Assembly (NCBI GenBank): GCA_041660505.1
Contig: JBAZWG010000001.1
Span: 243,979 to 307,978 of the forward strand
DNA: 64,000 nucleotides
Source: Minisyncoccota bacterium
GTDB taxonomy: Bacteria; Patescibacteriota; Minisyncoccia; Phycocordibacterales; JACRKE01
Reading direction: 5' to 3'
How positions within the stretch are numbered: position 1 is the first letter of the stretch; each line of letters opens with the position of its first letter. The notes under the pieces are model-generated. The model had not been told where the DNA came from. It searched no databases and saw nothing but the letters and a program-made list of their open reading frames with translations. Both the position numbers and the translations under genes were made by a program. Below, piece by piece: positions 16,819 through 27,829 of this stretch.

Positions 16819-17745
16819 TTACGTTAATCTTTTTCCTACTAGATACCACTGACCTTTGGCATGTGTAATTGGGTATTCTGTCCAAATATAGGCACCAAGT
16901 TTTTTCTTAAACTCATCAAAGTATTCTCGATTTTTTATCCCACCAAATTGCTCTTGATATGCGACGAGTATGTATTCCGGGTGACCAATGACTTTCATAA
17001 AAGTGTCTCTGACCTCGAGCGGCGCCTCACTCAAAGACCACAGCGCAATCAGTAGCCCCAGATCTTTTTGCGCCGTGCTGGTCAACTCAGTCTCTGAAGA
17101 AACCAGCTCAATCCGATTATCTTTAAGAAGTTTATTGACCCCCAGATAAAATCCCTGGAGCGCGGAAAATTCTGGCAGGTCATAAAGCACATATCGGTTG
17201 GTGTACCCCATTCGATAGAGTATTCTGCAGGTGTTGCCGTACCCACCCCCGAATTCAATGATAGAATTGCATCTCGCCAGATTAAAATCTGTGCGGTCTA
17301 ACAGTTGTGACAGATTATATAGGTGGTGCACGGTGTTCCCGCTGGTCCATGGATACCAAGGATAGTGTGGTGGGTTACCGACTGGAGACTCCGACAGCGC
17401 GTGCTTATATACATTCAACCAGTTTTGATTTTTTTGTAACTCATGCAACTCACATACGCTACTGGAGCAAAACATCGTCCGCTGTATGACCGGCCAAGAA
17501 ATAAACTTGGACGGGTCATCTCCGATATGGATGTGGTATCGAAGCTCGGCAAGATTTTTTTGCCATTTCTCGTTGGCTGAACCGGCTTCTTTCTCCCGCG
17601 CAGAATTTATCTGCACAATTTCCATTTTTAGTTTTTCACCTGCGTTTCTAACTTCTTCTTGTATATCTGCGACAGAGCGGAACGCAACCCCCGGAAAAAT
17701 ACCGCAGAAGCCGTTGAATACCGACTGTACTAGTTTGCGTAGCAT
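16819..17745 (-). CDS. putative sugar O-methyltransferase (class I SAM MTase fold)
   Basis: IEFGGGYGNTCR glycine-rich SAM-binding loop. The overall length and layout resemble putative sugar O-methyltransferases. Confidence 0.45.
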   Translation of the reverse strand: MLRKLVQSVFNGFCGIFPGVAFRSVADIQEEVRNAGEKLKMEIVQINSAREKEAGSANEKWQKNLAELRYHIHIGDDPSKFISWPVIQRTMFCSSSVCELHELQKNQNWLNVYKHALSESPVGNPPHYPWYPWTSGNTVHHLYNLSQLLDRTDFNLARCNSIIEFGGGYGNTCRILYRMGYTNRYVLYDLPEFSALQGFYLGVNKLLKDNRIELVSSETELTSTAQKDLGLLIALWSLSEAPLEVRDTFMKVIGHPEYILVAYQEQFGGIKNREYFDEFKKKLGAYIWTEYPITHAKGQWYLVGKRLT

Positions 17746-17799
17746 AGGTAGAGACTCAATATAGCATATTTGTATATCCTATGATAATCTTTTGGCCAT

Positions 17800-18849
17800 A
17801 TGAGTTCCGCACTTGTTACAGGCTCCGCAGGACTGGTTGGTTCAGAATCTGTCCGATTTTTAGTCGATAAAGGTTTTGACGTGGTCGGGATCGACAACAA
17901 TATGCGCCAGTACTTTTTTGGTGCCGGCGCAAGTACGGCAAAAAATAACGACCGGCTCAAAGAAGCATTCAAGAAAAAGTACGTGCATCATAACATCGAT
18001 ATCAGAGATAATGAAGCAGTAGCAAAGATTTTCAAAAAACATAAATTCTCTCTTGTTATTCACACCGCGGCACAACCATCGCACGACTGGGCGGCCAAAG
18101 AGCCGTTCACCGACTTTAGTGTCAATGCAACCGGCACGCTGGTACTTTTAGAAAATTATAGAAAATACTGTCCCGTAGCAACTTTTATCTTCACCTCAAC
18201 AAACAAGGTTTATGGTGACACACCCAACTACCTACCGCTTGTCGAAAAGAGGTTGCGCTATGAGATTAACTCAAAACACAAATTCAAAAACGGCATTGAT
18301 GAGACGATGAGCATTGACCAAACCAAACATAGCCTATTCGGTGCATCAAAGGCTGCCGCAGATTTACTGGTCCAAGAATATGGCAGATACTTTGGTCTAC
18401 ATACGGGAATTTTCCGTGGCGGCTGTATTACCGGCCCGGCACACAGCGCGGCACAACTCCACGGCTTCCTCGCCTATCTGGTTGCCTGCGTTGCGACTGG
18501 CAAACCATATATAATATTCGGCTATAAGGGTAAACAGGTGCGTGATAACGTTCACGCCTACGATTTGGTGAATATGTTTTGGCAGTATCATCATAATCCG
18601 AAATGCGGCGAGGTGTACAATGCCGGCGGTGCGCGTCATTCAAACGTCTCAATGCTTGAGGCAATCGATAAAGCAGAAAGAATCTTGAAGAAAAAGTTAT
18701 CGTACACGTACGTCGACACACCACGTATAGGCGACCATCAATGGTATATTTCTGACGTATCAAAGTTCGAAAAAGACTTCCCGAAGTGGAAGTTCACCTA
18801 CGACATTGACGCGATTATGCGAGAGCTGTGCAACGTCTATATATCCTAG
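17800..18849 (+). CDS. NAD-dependent epimerase/dehydratase (CDP-paratose-2-epimerase-like)
   Basis: Rossmann start [16 protein letters not shown] and a catalytic-region motif [14 protein letters not shown]. Confidence 0.7.
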   Translation: MSSALVTGSAGLVGSESVRFLVDKGFDVVGIDNNMRQYFFGAGASTAKNNDRLKEAFKKKYVHHNIDIRDNEAVAKIFKKHKFSLVIHTAAQPSHDWAAKEPFTDFSVNATGTLVLLENYRKYCPVATFIFTSTNKVYGDTPNYLPLVEKRLRYEINSKHKFKNGIDETMSIDQTKHSLFGASKAAADLLVQEYGRYFGLHTGIFRGGCITGPAHSAAQLHGFLAYLVACVATGKPYIIFGYKGKQVRDNVHAYDLVNMFWQYHHNPKCGEVYNAGGARHSNVSMLEAIDKAERILKKKLSYTYVDTPRIGDHQWYISDVSKFEKDFPKWKFTYDIDAIMRELCNVYIS

Positions 18850-19606
18850 ACAGAGAGGTACCAATATAGGGCAACTCAAATATTTGTCTGCGTAGATATG
18901 CCGCATATGGCTCAACCGGACGAATCGTGAGATCAAGTCGTATCCCCTCTCTTTCACACAGCTTTACTGCGTCGTAATACCAACGTCCCCGCTTGATGGC
19001 CGTTGCGAAGTATGGCAGTGGTGAATCGTGTTGCATCACCGAAAGTAATTTTTTGCTGTATTGAGCTGTTTTTTTACTGCCCTCAAACTCAAATTTCCAG
19101 GGAGTGATGTCTGCCGTAAGTAAATCCAGAAAAGTCTTTTTATCCCAGATGCACGTCTGTAGCGAAATGCTATAGTCACTTCCCCTTATGAGTTCACCCA
19201 GTCTCATTTCTTGGTCAATTATTTTCTTTGGCGCCGGTGACGGATGCAACTTTATATATACTGCATTGAGTAATCGAAAGTTTTTTACGAGCAGCTCGAT
19301 ACGTGTTGTATCGACAGGCGCCATTAGAAAGTAGTCCTCCTGCATATAGATAAAAAGATCTCCAGGGACAGAACGCACCGCAGCACCGATGCGCTTGCCC
19401 CACTCTGCCGGTACGTCACCGTATTGCTCTGAGGTAATTGTATGCACGCGCGAATCGGGATAGACTTTCTTACTCGAGATAAGATAGAGCGGATAGGGGC
19501 AATCGGGCCAGTACTTGAAAAACAAGGTAAAAAAAGCCTCCCACGCGTCACTATAGCCATCCGAGGAGGCAATAATAATTGCACAGGGATAATCTGTTGT
19601 AACCAT
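18815..19606 (-). CDS. hypothetical protein (263 aa)
   Basis: A clean ORF convergent with the epimerase gene. No recognised motifs. Confidence 0.4.
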   Translation of the reverse strand: MVTTDYPCAIIIASSDGYSDAWEAFFTLFFKYWPDCPYPLYLISSKKVYPDSRVHTITSEQYGDVPAEWGKRIGAAVRSVPGDLFIYMQEDYFLMAPVDTTRIELLVKNFRLLNAVYIKLHPSPAPKKIIDQEMRLGELIRGSDYSISLQTCIWDKKTFLDLLTADITPWKFEFEGSKKTAQYSKKLLSVMQHDSPLPYFATAIKRGRWYYDAVKLCEREGIRLDLTIRPVEPYAAYLRRQIFELPYIGTSLSRIYRRCTALA

Positions 19607-19654
19607 AAAAAGAAACTATACCACAGCAATGCGAGTTATGGTATAGTACGTAAA

Positions 19655-20893
19655 ATGAAACCTGCTGTTATACGGGCGCTTCGCTGGATCGAGAGGTTTA
19701 CAAAGACCGATATGGTTTTTCTGACGAAGAACGCCATCTGGCCAGTTATCGGACAAGTGGTAGCATCCGGTACTGCGCTTGTGCTTGCAATAGCTTTTTC
19801 ACGCTTCATTTCCAAGGAAACCTATGGCACGTATAAATTCTTAATCTCTTATCCTTCACTCTTCGGATTCTTACTGTTGCCCGGGATGGCAACCGCACTC
19901 CAGAGGTCTATCGCACGGGGGTTTGACGGAGATTTTGCGCGGGCAGTACGGAGTAAACTGCGTTGGTGTGTCTTGTATATTTTCGTGGGGTTTGTTATCG
20001 CCGGTTATTACCTCATACAGGGAAACACGGTCTTCGCGGTCGGTATCGCTCTCGTATTTATCTTTTCTGGTTTCAGCGATCTGTACGGACTCTACGGAGC
20101 AATATTTTCCGGACGAGCGCTTATTAAGGATGGCACGATGCGATATATTCTTGGTCAGTCATTTTATTTTTTTTCGGTGCTCGTAATCATGTACACGACG
20201 CACAATCTGCTCCTCATCATCGTAGCCGCATTTGTGCCGTGGTTCTTGGTAAATTATTTTTTTTATCGGGAAGTCACACATAATGAGCTTCATAATACGA
20301 ATACTGATCCCGATATGCTTCTGTACGGCAAACACCTCTCCTTTATTGCGATTCTCTCTTCCTTTGTCGCCAATCTGGACAACCTACTCGTTTTCCATTA
20401 CCTGGGTGCCGTGGATTTGGCTATCTATTCCTATGCACAAGCAATTCCTGAACAGATCAAAGGTCCGTTAGGCAGTATCGACGTCCTGCTATTCTCAAAA
20501 TTTGCCAAGCGCAAGGAATCAGATGTGAAAAATAATATGCTGCATAAATTTCTGGTGCTCGGTATCTGCTTCACCGGAATCACGGTCATCTATTGGTTCC
20601 TTGCACCTTATTTTTACACAATACTGTTTCCTCAATATGTAGACGCCATCTGGTACTCTCGCGTCTTCGCTCTTTCTCTTGTTTCATTGAGTTTTATTCC
20701 CGCAAGTATTTTTTTGTCCGCCCATGGAAAAATACGCGAGCAATACTATGTGAGTCTCGCCACGTCTGTGGCGCAATTGGTGACCATGTTTGTCTTTATC
20801 GTGCACTGGGGGCTTATCGGGCTCATTGTATCAAGAGTCATTGTACGATTCTTTGGTGGTGGGTTAAATACCTATTTTGCCTTACGCATGTAA
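19655..20893 (+). CDS. polysaccharide flippase (Wzx/MATE-like, oligosaccharide flippase family)
   Basis: About 12 predicted TM helices. The start is set at the MKPAVIRAL Met, which is internal to the listed 483-aa ORF. Confidence 0.65.
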   Translation: MKPAVIRALRWIERFTKTDMVFLTKNAIWPVIGQVVASGTALVLAIAFSRFISKETYGTYKFLISYPSLFGFLLLPGMATALQRSIARGFDGDFARAVRSKLRWCVLYIFVGFVIAGYYLIQGNTVFAVGIALVFIFSGFSDLYGLYGAIFSGRALIKDGTMRYILGQSFYFFSVLVIMYTTHNLLLIIVAAFVPWFLVNYFFYREVTHNELHNTNTDPDMLLYGKHLSFIAILSSFVANLDNLLVFHYLGAVDLAIYSYAQAIPEQIKGPLGSIDVLLFSKFAKRKESDVKNNMLHKFLVLGICFTGITVIYWFLAPYFYTILFPQYVDAIWYSRVFALSLVSLSFIPASIFLSAHGKIREQYYVSLATSVAQLVTMFVFIVHWGLIGLIVSRVIVRFFGGGLNTYFALRM

Positions 20894-22033
20894 GCGTTTT
20901 TTTTCGATTTTGGCAATCAGTATATCTACTGCCTCTACAACCATTTGGACACTAATGCTGTCGATCTGGCGACGAGCTTCGACGTGATCATAGACCGTGG
21001 CATTCATCGTCCAAATTTGCGGCTCTCCGTCTTTCGCGGGAACGACGAGATGATACTCGCCCCGTGGTGCCATTTCGTGCACATCGATCGCTCCCGTAAT
21101 ATCGATGGTGGGAACCCCCGAGGCTTCGGCGATAAAAATAGGGCCGGTATCGACGCTTACCGTTAGATCCATTAAACTGACCAGCGCCTTAACTTCATCG
21201 ACCGACGTCCCCAGCGTATCGGTAACGCAATCAGAATGGCGCATGTGCGCGATCATTTCATCATTTTCTTTTCGGTTAAGCTCGCTACCAATACTGAAGA
21301 TATGCGCGTTATACTGTTCGACGAGGTAATCAGCTACTTGGGAAAACTTTTTCGGTTCCCACTGTTTGACCGTATTGCCCGCGCCAGACATTATGCCGAT
21401 TCGCAGGGCATACTGACGACGGGGACTTGAAACTATCTCTTTTGCTTTCCGCTCGGCAGTCGGAGTCCAATAGATGTATTTTTTTGTATCTTCGGTATAG
21501 ATACCTATCGGCTCGAGCAGGCGTAAATATTCTCGGGGAACGTACTGGCGCATATGATGGTCTTTCGGAATGACAAAATTACGGATTATTTTATAGGGTC
21601 GCGTTTCATATGGGCTCCATCCATCACGAATCACTGGGGCAACAATAGTTTTTATTCCCGCAAGGTAGAGCGCGGCAAGCGAGTGAAAATTAACGACAGT
21701 AACGCAGCCAAAATCGTAGGTGTTATTTTTCAGCTTTTCGATTATGTGCGGTACATCTTCCCAAACAATATATTCGTCTACATCAGGGTTGCCTTCCAGC
21801 ACTCTTCGATTGATTGCATTTCCAATAACGGTGAGTCGGCAACGGGGGTATGATCTTTTTACCGCCCGGAACATCGCCGTTGTCACAATCATGTCTCCGA
21901 ATTGTCCGCGCTGAATGATGATGCCAGATCGAGGGTCCGTCAAGTGACCATTCGCCTTCCCCCTAAATAGATAGTGCAAAAAACACCGAGCAATCAATCT
22001 CGAGTTCTCAAAAATTACCTGCAAACGTTTCAT
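20882..22033 (-). CDS. glycosyltransferase family 9 (heptosyltransferase)
   Basis: Heptosyltransferase-like layout: IIQRGQFGDMIVTTAMFRAVKRSYP ... VSVDTGPIFIAEASGVPTIDI. Confidence 0.7.
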   Translation of the reverse strand: MKRLQVIFENSRLIARCFLHYLFRGKANGHLTDPRSGIIIQRGQFGDMIVTTAMFRAVKRSYPRCRLTVIGNAINRRVLEGNPDVDEYIVWEDVPHIIEKLKNNTYDFGCVTVVNFHSLAALYLAGIKTIVAPVIRDGWSPYETRPYKIIRNFVIPKDHHMRQYVPREYLRLLEPIGIYTEDTKKYIYWTPTAERKAKEIVSSPRRQYALRIGIMSGAGNTVKQWEPKKFSQVADYLVEQYNAHIFSIGSELNRKENDEMIAHMRHSDCVTDTLGTSVDEVKALVSLMDLTVSVDTGPIFIAEASGVPTIDITGAIDVHEMAPRGEYHLVVPAKDGEPQIWTMNATVYDHVEARRQIDSISVQMVVEAVDILIAKIEKKRLHA

Positions 22034-22129
22034 GTTCTTGGAAGATTAGTCGGGTAGCCAATTACTTGTGATTATACAGGGTCGATGATATCATTAATCT
22101 CATTACAAAAAAAGGGTTAAACACACATC

Positions 22130-22684
22130 ATGATACAGGAGTATTTGGAAGAATCAATTGCTGTTCAAAAGGCCGCACTTGGAAATCAAGAATTTGTCAC
22201 AAGTGTCGAAATGGCCGGGAAACAGCTCCGAGAATCCTTGGCGGCAGGAAAGCGTATATATATTGCAGGAAACGGCGGTGGGGCGGCTGAGGCACAGCAT
22301 TTATCCGCAGAACTTCTCGGAAAATACAAATCAATGCGACGAGCTTTCCCTGCCGTGGCACTCACGACTGATACTTCCCTATTAACCGCTTGGGCAAACG
22401 ACACAAGCTTTGATTATATCTTCTCAAGGCAGCTTGAAGGGTTGGGGCAAACCGGGGATATTTTTATGATCCTTTCAGCGGGAGGAAATTCACCAAACTT
22501 GGTTGAGGCGCTCAAGACCGCAAACAAACTTGGTATGGTTTCAATTTGTCTTCTTGGTAAAGGAGGGGGACGAGCAAAAGAAATATGTACCATCCCTGTT
22601 GTAGTCCCTTCAGAGGTGACCGCCCATATTCAAGAAGTTCACCTAATGCTCGTACATTTTTTCGCCGGACTCTTCGAGGAATAA
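22130..22684 (+). CDS. gmhA: D-sedoheptulose 7-phosphate isomerase (SIS domain)
   Basis: A 184-aa SIS-domain protein: RIYIAGNGGGAAEAQHLSAEL ... DIFMILSAGGNSPN. Confidence 0.85.
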   Translation: MIQEYLEESIAVQKAALGNQEFVTSVEMAGKQLRESLAAGKRIYIAGNGGGAAEAQHLSAELLGKYKSMRRAFPAVALTTDTSLLTAWANDTSFDYIFSRQLEGLGQTGDIFMILSAGGNSPNLVEALKTANKLGMVSICLLGKGGGRAKEICTIPVVVPSEVTAHIQEVHLMLVHFFAGLFEE

Positions 22685-22704
22685 ATTCTGAGTGTTGCCT
22701 ACTC

Positions 22705-23418
22705 ATGCGTATGCCTGAAACCACTTTTTTGCCCAAGGCAATACTTTGGGATATCGAGGGAATATTCGTTGACACCGAAACACTGCATTTTGAGGCATGG
22801 CAATGGCTCATGGAACACGAACAGGTCTCCCCACTTGACGTACAGGAATACCGACCGTGTATCGGTCGAGGCTCGTCGGAAAATATACAGACAATAGCCG
22901 AGATACGAAACATACGAGGAGACCTTGACAACCTCCGATGGCTTCGCAGACAAAAATTTGAAGAATTACGTCACTGTGGAATTCCCGTAATTTCAGAAAA
23001 CGTAAGGCTGCTTAGAGATTTTGTATCGACGTTTCCTCTGGTTCGACACATTGCAGTGTCTTCCGCGACTCGTTCGGACATAGAAGAAAATTTGAAGATC
23101 GCGGGTATCAACCAGTTCTTTGAGTTAACCGTTTCGTATCAGGATAAACAAGGAATGCGCAGAAAGCCGGCTCCAGATATGTACCGCTATGCCTTGGAAC
23201 GTGCACGACTTGACCCGAGGGATTGTCTGGCGTTTGAAGACACTCATAGTGGGGTAATAGCGGCGAGCAATGCGAGAATCATCGTGATTGCGCTGCCAAC
23301 TCACCTCACCGAAGGACAGGATTTTTCTGTGGCAAATTTTGTGGTGCCGGCGGGCGGGGAAAAAAGCGCCTCAGGGATATTGCACGCCTTACGCAAACAT
23401 GCTTACGAAGAAAAATAA
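22705..23418 (+). CDS. HAD-superfamily hydrolase (candidate heptose-bisphosphate/sugar phosphatase)
   Basis: HAD motif I ILWDIEGIFVDTE, plus downstream motifs (VSSATR, a Lys in motif III, and FEDTHSGVIAA for motif IV). The start is at the ATG 20 nt after the gmhA stop. Confidence 0.65.
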   Translation: MRMPETTFLPKAILWDIEGIFVDTETLHFEAWQWLMEHEQVSPLDVQEYRPCIGRGSSENIQTIAEIRNIRGDLDNLRWLRRQKFEELRHCGIPVISENVRLLRDFVSTFPLVRHIAVSSATRSDIEENLKIAGINQFFELTVSYQDKQGMRRKPAPDMYRYALERARLDPRDCLAFEDTHSGVIAASNARIIVIALPTHLTEGQDFSVANFVVPAGGEKSASGILHALRKHAYEEK

Positions 23419-23995
23419 AAAAAGACCGTTGCAGATTCACATCGATGGTGCAAAGCGTGCAGGTAAGACCACGCTTGGTAAGGGGTTGCGAATAGAACTT
23501 ACCAAGCGTGGCATGCGCGCCGTACTTATTGATATGGACGAGGTTCGAACAAAGATCTTCGGCAAAAAAACAGGCCTCCCAGATTCCAAAGAAAGTCTTC
23601 ACTATCGGGATATTGTAGCTCGCATCATCTGCGCACTTATTGTCCCCTTAATTCTATCGGCGGGGGGAGTCCCGATCGTCGTCATGGACCATCGCCGCAA
23701 ACAGATGTTCCTAGATATTCTGAAAGTCTCAAATGAGCTTGAAACCTCCTTAAAATTCATTGTTCTTCAATCTCCTTCCCTGGAAGAAGTCACGCGGAGG
23801 GCGCACCGTAAAAAAGAGGATGATTTTTCAGACATGACGGACTTCTCGGAACCAAAGATTTTGCGTAGCTTTCTAAACAGTGTCGCACGCGTCCAACACA
23901 CATATCGGGACACAGCACATCACAAACTTCTCCAAATATCCCAATCTACGCCCGAAGACATGGTCGCGCGCGCACTGCAGTTCATACTTAACTGA
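23399..23995 (+). CDS. P-loop NTPase/kinase-like protein
   Basis: Walker A GAKRAGKTTLGK. About 198 aa. It overlaps the HAD gene's 3' end. Confidence 0.45.
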   Translation: MLTKKNKKRPLQIHIDGAKRAGKTTLGKGLRIELTKRGMRAVLIDMDEVRTKIFGKKTGLPDSKESLHYRDIVARIICALIVPLILSAGGVPIVVMDHRRKQMFLDILKVSNELETSLKFIVLQSPSLEEVTRRAHRKKEDDFSDMTDFSEPKILRSFLNSVARVQHTYRDTAHHKLLQISQSTPEDMVARALQFILN

Positions 23996-24001
23996 CACAC
24001 C

Positions 24002-24730
24002 CTAGCCCAGCGACTCAAGAGACTTCCTGCTGTCGTTAAGAAACTGTAAGACCGTTTCTTTTGTCCGAGCGCTCTGCAATAACTTCGCAATAACTTCGGG
24101 AGGGATCGTGAGGATATGCGCCCCGGCTCGCGACCAATACTCGACATTTTCCGGGCTCCTCACCGACCCCACGATTATTTCTATATCCTTGTACTGATGA
24201 AAATCAAGCCAATTTCTTACATCGCGTATAACCTCAAACGCTCTTTCGACACCCTGTTCCTCGGAAATTCTCCCCGCAAAAAGGCTGATGAAGCTTGGCC
24301 CCCTCGTCGTGGCCCTGCTCATATGCCCAGAAGCAATCGCCTTGGCTGCCAAAATTGTTTGATTAAAGGTTGTCATCGCGGTTACATTCACGACAATACC
24401 CTCAGCCACAAGCGTTTTAATCACAGGTAGCAATGAGGTGCCGTTTCGATCGGTAATCGTAACTTTTACCGCTATGTTTTTTGCCAGGCGCGCAAATTCT
24501 CTTGCCTGTTTCAATATTTCCTTTGGAACATCGGTTGTAACTTCAACACTGTAGGACATCGGTGCGATGAGCTTCGCAATCTCAATCGCCCTCTGCTTCA
24601 TTCCCTTCTCTCCGCCGGTAACACCGGCCTTCAAAAAAATTGTCGGGTTGGTCGTTACCCCGTCACAAACACCCCACGATACATATTTTTCAATTTCTGC
24701 GATGTCTGCTGAGTCAATGAATATTTTCAT
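24002..24730 (-). CDS. tal: transaldolase / fructose-6-phosphate aldolase family
   Basis: MKIFIDSADIAEIEKYVSWGVCDGVTTNPTI matches the short transaldolase family. Confidence 0.85.
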   Translation of the reverse strand: MKIFIDSADIAEIEKYVSWGVCDGVTTNPTIFLKAGVTGGEKGMKQRAIEIAKLIAPMSYSVEVTTDVPKEILKQAREFARLAKNIAVKVTITDRNGTSLLPVIKTLVAEGIVVNVTAMTTFNQTILAAKAIASGHMSRATTRGPSFISLFAGRISEEQGVERAFEVIRDVRNWLDFHQYKDIEIIVGSVRSPENVEYWSRAGAHILTIPPEVIAKLLQSARTKETVLQFLNDSRKSLESLG

Positions 24731-24744
24731 GGAACTTATATTAT

Positions 24745-25695
24745 TTACACTATCGTAAGTAAAGCTTTTTTCTTAGGGGGGGTCGTGCCTGGAATCGTTG
24801 TAGAAAGTGCCGCCCAGATATTCGCCACCTCAAGAGTGTCTTTTGGATTATTTCGGTCACCCAGACAGACGGCTGCGAGGAAGGCGTCTCCGGCACCGAC
24901 AGGATCAACGGCATCCACCCGACGTGGGGCGGTTTTTATAAACGTATCGCTGATTAGAGCAATCGATCCATTTTCGCCCAGTTTTACAATTACATTTTGT
25001 AAGTGCAGCTTCTGTTGTATGCGCTTGATAGACTTCTCGGGTTCGAGCGGGTTAAACGAGGGATACACTGCTTTGGCTTCGTTCTCGTTCAGTAGCATAG
25101 TATGAGCACCCGCATACAAGTGGTGATTGCTTTTGCGGTGCGCTATTTGAGCGTCAATATAGAGCGGTTTTTGAAATTTTTTACTCAAGTCAAGGAGTTT
25201 TTTAATCAATTTTCGGGTAAGCAGCCCGTGTTGCGGGTCCATAATCACCACGACATCTACTTTATCGACAAGAGACTCTACCTGTGCAATAATTTTGTTC
25301 TCAAGTTTTCCGTCAATAGTGTGGTTATCGGCGCTATTTAAATGCAGTAGCCGCTTGCCGTCAACAAACAATCTCTTTTTTACGGTTGTACGACGACTCT
25401 TGTCAGTGAAGAAAAACTTATGCAATCTCTTGTGGCGCAGGGAATTATAGAGTTTTGCATCACCGTCTGCGCCCACAATAGAAACAAAATAGAGAATTCC
25501 TCCCAATTCAAGAATGTTATTTGCAACCAAACCGTTACCTCCAAACGCGACGGAGGTATGAACCTCTTCAATCCGGGGAACAGAAACACCGAGAGCTTGG
25601 CCGGCTGATTTGCCCTGAATATACACATCCAAAATCACATCGCCGACGAGTAGAACCTTTTTTTGAGCAAATGATTGTATAATGTTTACGTTCAC
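24745..25695 (-). CDS. hldE: D-beta-D-heptose 7-phosphate kinase (HldE domain I / RfaE1, PfkB family)
   Basis: KKVLLVGDVILDVYIQG N-terminus and the PfkB C-terminal motif DPVGAGDAFLAAV. Confidence 0.8.
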   Translation of the reverse strand: MNVNIIQSFAQKKVLLVGDVILDVYIQGKSAGQALGVSVPRIEEVHTSVAFGGNGLVANNILELGGILYFVSIVGADGDAKLYNSLRHKRLHKFFFTDKSRRTTVKKRLFVDGKRLLHLNSADNHTIDGKLENKIIAQVESLVDKVDVVVIMDPQHGLLTRKLIKKLLDLSKKFQKPLYIDAQIAHRKSNHHLYAGAHTMLLNENEAKAVYPSFNPLEPEKSIKRIQQKLHLQNVIVKLGENGSIALISDTFIKTAPRRVDAVDPVGAGDAFLAAVCLGDRNNPKDTLEVANIWAALSTTIPGTTPPKKKALLTIV

Positions 25696-25778
25696 GGCCA
25701 GGAAACTATCTGGGTGATATTACCATAGGAATTAGCGTGTTGCAAGGGCACGTCGATTCCTTTTCGAACATGCAGTTC

Positions 25779-26579
25779 TTACTTCGTGAATTCGAAAATA
25801 CCCGCGGCACGCCAGCGATAGATCAGATACCTGTCTAGCAACCAACTCGTGCGTGAGACGAAGATGCCGATGTATTTCTTTGGTCCATGCCATTTTTGAA
25901 CACCGCTCCGAAAGTCTTCCTTATAAAACTCGTCGACGGAGAAGCGGCGGCTAGCGAAGGACGCGCCGAACGAAAAATATTCCCCGAGTGTATAGATGTT
26001 CTCATTTTCACCGCGTGCCCGTTCTTTTCTACAGAAAAAAAGTTTCGTAAACTGCTTATATAGCGGAATATTTAGAACGACGGGATCGTTGATAAAAAGA
26101 ACAATCCCGCCTCGTTTTAACGATCGATGTATTTCTCGGAATGCCTGGTGCGGATCATCAAAGTGGTGTACGGCAGCACGTATGTATATTTGGTCAAAAA
26201 ATTCATTCGGGAAAGGTATTTTTTCAGCCGGAAAAGAGTGCGTATGCATTCCCGCGAGACTCGTATCAAAAAATTTGGCGGCTTTCACAATATTTCTGGT
26301 CAATAAGGGTTGAGAAAGCTCGCTCACATAATATTCGTGTTGCGGATACTTTTTTTTGCAAAATATGCTGAAATCCCCGGCCCCCGCGCCAATCTCAAGG
26401 ATTCGTTCTAGGGAACACGCTAGATGTGCGTCAATCAATCTTTCATAGCGGGTGCGCTTGGAACTTCCTCGGGTATAGGTATTGCGAAAAAAAGTTTCGA
26501 TATCGGCTTCTCCGCCATCGTGCCCAAAGACCGTCTGGGACATCCGAAAGCGCAGCTCCTTTTCAATAGCATTGTTCAT
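25779..26579 (-). CDS. class I SAM-dependent methyltransferase
   Basis: ILEIGAGAGDFSIF SAM-binding motif. Confidence 0.6.
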   Translation of the reverse strand: MNNAIEKELRFRMSQTVFGHDGGEADIETFFRNTYTRGSSKRTRYERLIDAHLACSLERILEIGAGAGDFSIFCKKKYPQHEYYVSELSQPLLTRNIVKAAKFFDTSLAGMHTHSFPAEKIPFPNEFFDQIYIRAAVHHFDDPHQAFREIHRSLKRGGIVLFINDPVVLNIPLYKQFTKLFFCRKERARGENENIYTLGEYFSFGASFASRRFSVDEFYKEDFRSGVQKWHGPKKYIGIFVSRTSWLLDRYLIYRWRAAGIFEFTK

Positions 26580-26588
26580 GAATAGTAT

Positions 26589-27731
26589 CTAGTGGTCGCT
26601 AAGGATGCTATCGTACGTCTGCAACGTTTCTTCCGCTGTTTTTTTCCAGCTAAATCGACCGGCATCTTGGCTGATGTTATTCTTAAGGTTTTGATACAGT
26701 GTCTGATCCAACAGCACGCGTTCAAGTGTCGCACTGATTTGACTCACGTTATGCGGGTCTACGAGTAGGCAAGAAGTTCCTGCAACCTCTGGCAAAGATG
26801 ACGTGTTAGAGACGATTACCGGTGTTCCACACGCGATTGATTCGACCACCGGCAACCCGAAGCCCTCAAATAGAGAGGGAAACGTAGATATGTATGCACA
26901 GGAATACAGCTTGCGCATCTCTGCCTGTTTCATGCCTCCCAAAAACACGATGTGGTCATTCACTCGTAACTTTTTAATGAGCGCCTCGACCTTCTCTTTA
27001 TATTCACGCTCGCGATATTGGCCGACAAACACAAGGGAGAAATTTTTACGAAGACTTGCTGGTAACCCTGCGTATGCTTCGATGAGTCCTAGTGTGTTCT
27101 TCCTTGGCTGAAGCTGTCCGACGCAAAGAATGAAATTTGTTAATCCATACACCCGCTCGACATGCACACGGTCGGCATCCGGATAAAAGTCCGAGTTGGC
27201 GGCTTCATAGATAACACTGATTTTTTCGGGTGCAAGATTGGTATATTGAACCAAATCTCGTTTTGTGAATTCGGATACCGCAATAAACTTACGGCAGTTT
27301 TTGATCATCGCAGCAAGTTTATTGTCGAGCAATGTTTGCGACCTCGCCTTTGCCCATGATGAATCGTGGTACGGAGCCAAATCGTGAATGGTTACCACTG
27401 TGGCGCAATGCAAATCGCGGTATTGTAACGGATTAGTAAAATGGAAAACATCGATATTCTGTTTTCGCACTGACCTTTGCTCAAGAAAACAGGAGACTCG
27501 ATCACTGACGCCGATGAGCTCTTTTCTACCGAACGCGGAGAGTATCGCAGGCACGTAGACTACACGAGGAAATCTTTCGCGAGGCCTTCCCTGAAGCCAG
27601 TCGTGAACATAATCAAAAAAAATGAATTCTTCACCCGAGGCAACACGGGGCAGCCAACGGCATAATTCACGTGAGTACGTAGCATTACCACCGTGAGAAA
27701 GAGCACTGATATAGTCTATTCCGATTCTCAT
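26589..27731 (-). CDS. glycosyltransferase family 4
   Basis: C-terminal GT4 motif FPSLFEGFGLPVVESIACGTPVIVSN. Confidence 0.75.
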   Translation of the reverse strand: MRIGIDYISALSHGGNATYSRELCRWLPRVASGEEFIFFDYVHDWLQGRPRERFPRVVYVPAILSAFGRKELIGVSDRVSCFLEQRSVRKQNIDVFHFTNPLQYRDLHCATVVTIHDLAPYHDSSWAKARSQTLLDNKLAAMIKNCRKFIAVSEFTKRDLVQYTNLAPEKISVIYEAANSDFYPDADRVHVERVYGLTNFILCVGQLQPRKNTLGLIEAYAGLPASLRKNFSLVFVGQYREREYKEKVEALIKKLRVNDHIVFLGGMKQAEMRKLYSCAYISTFPSLFEGFGLPVVESIACGTPVIVSNTSSLPEVAGTSCLLVDPHNVSQISATLERVLLDQTLYQNLKNNISQDAGRFSWKKTAEETLQTYDSILSDH

Positions 27732-27829
27732 ATTAAAAAATCGCTTTGGTATTTAACTGAATTAGAATCATCATTTTTCTACAATTATCCAAAGATAGTT
27801 ACCTCTTCCAAAGAACTCGACTGCCGAAG

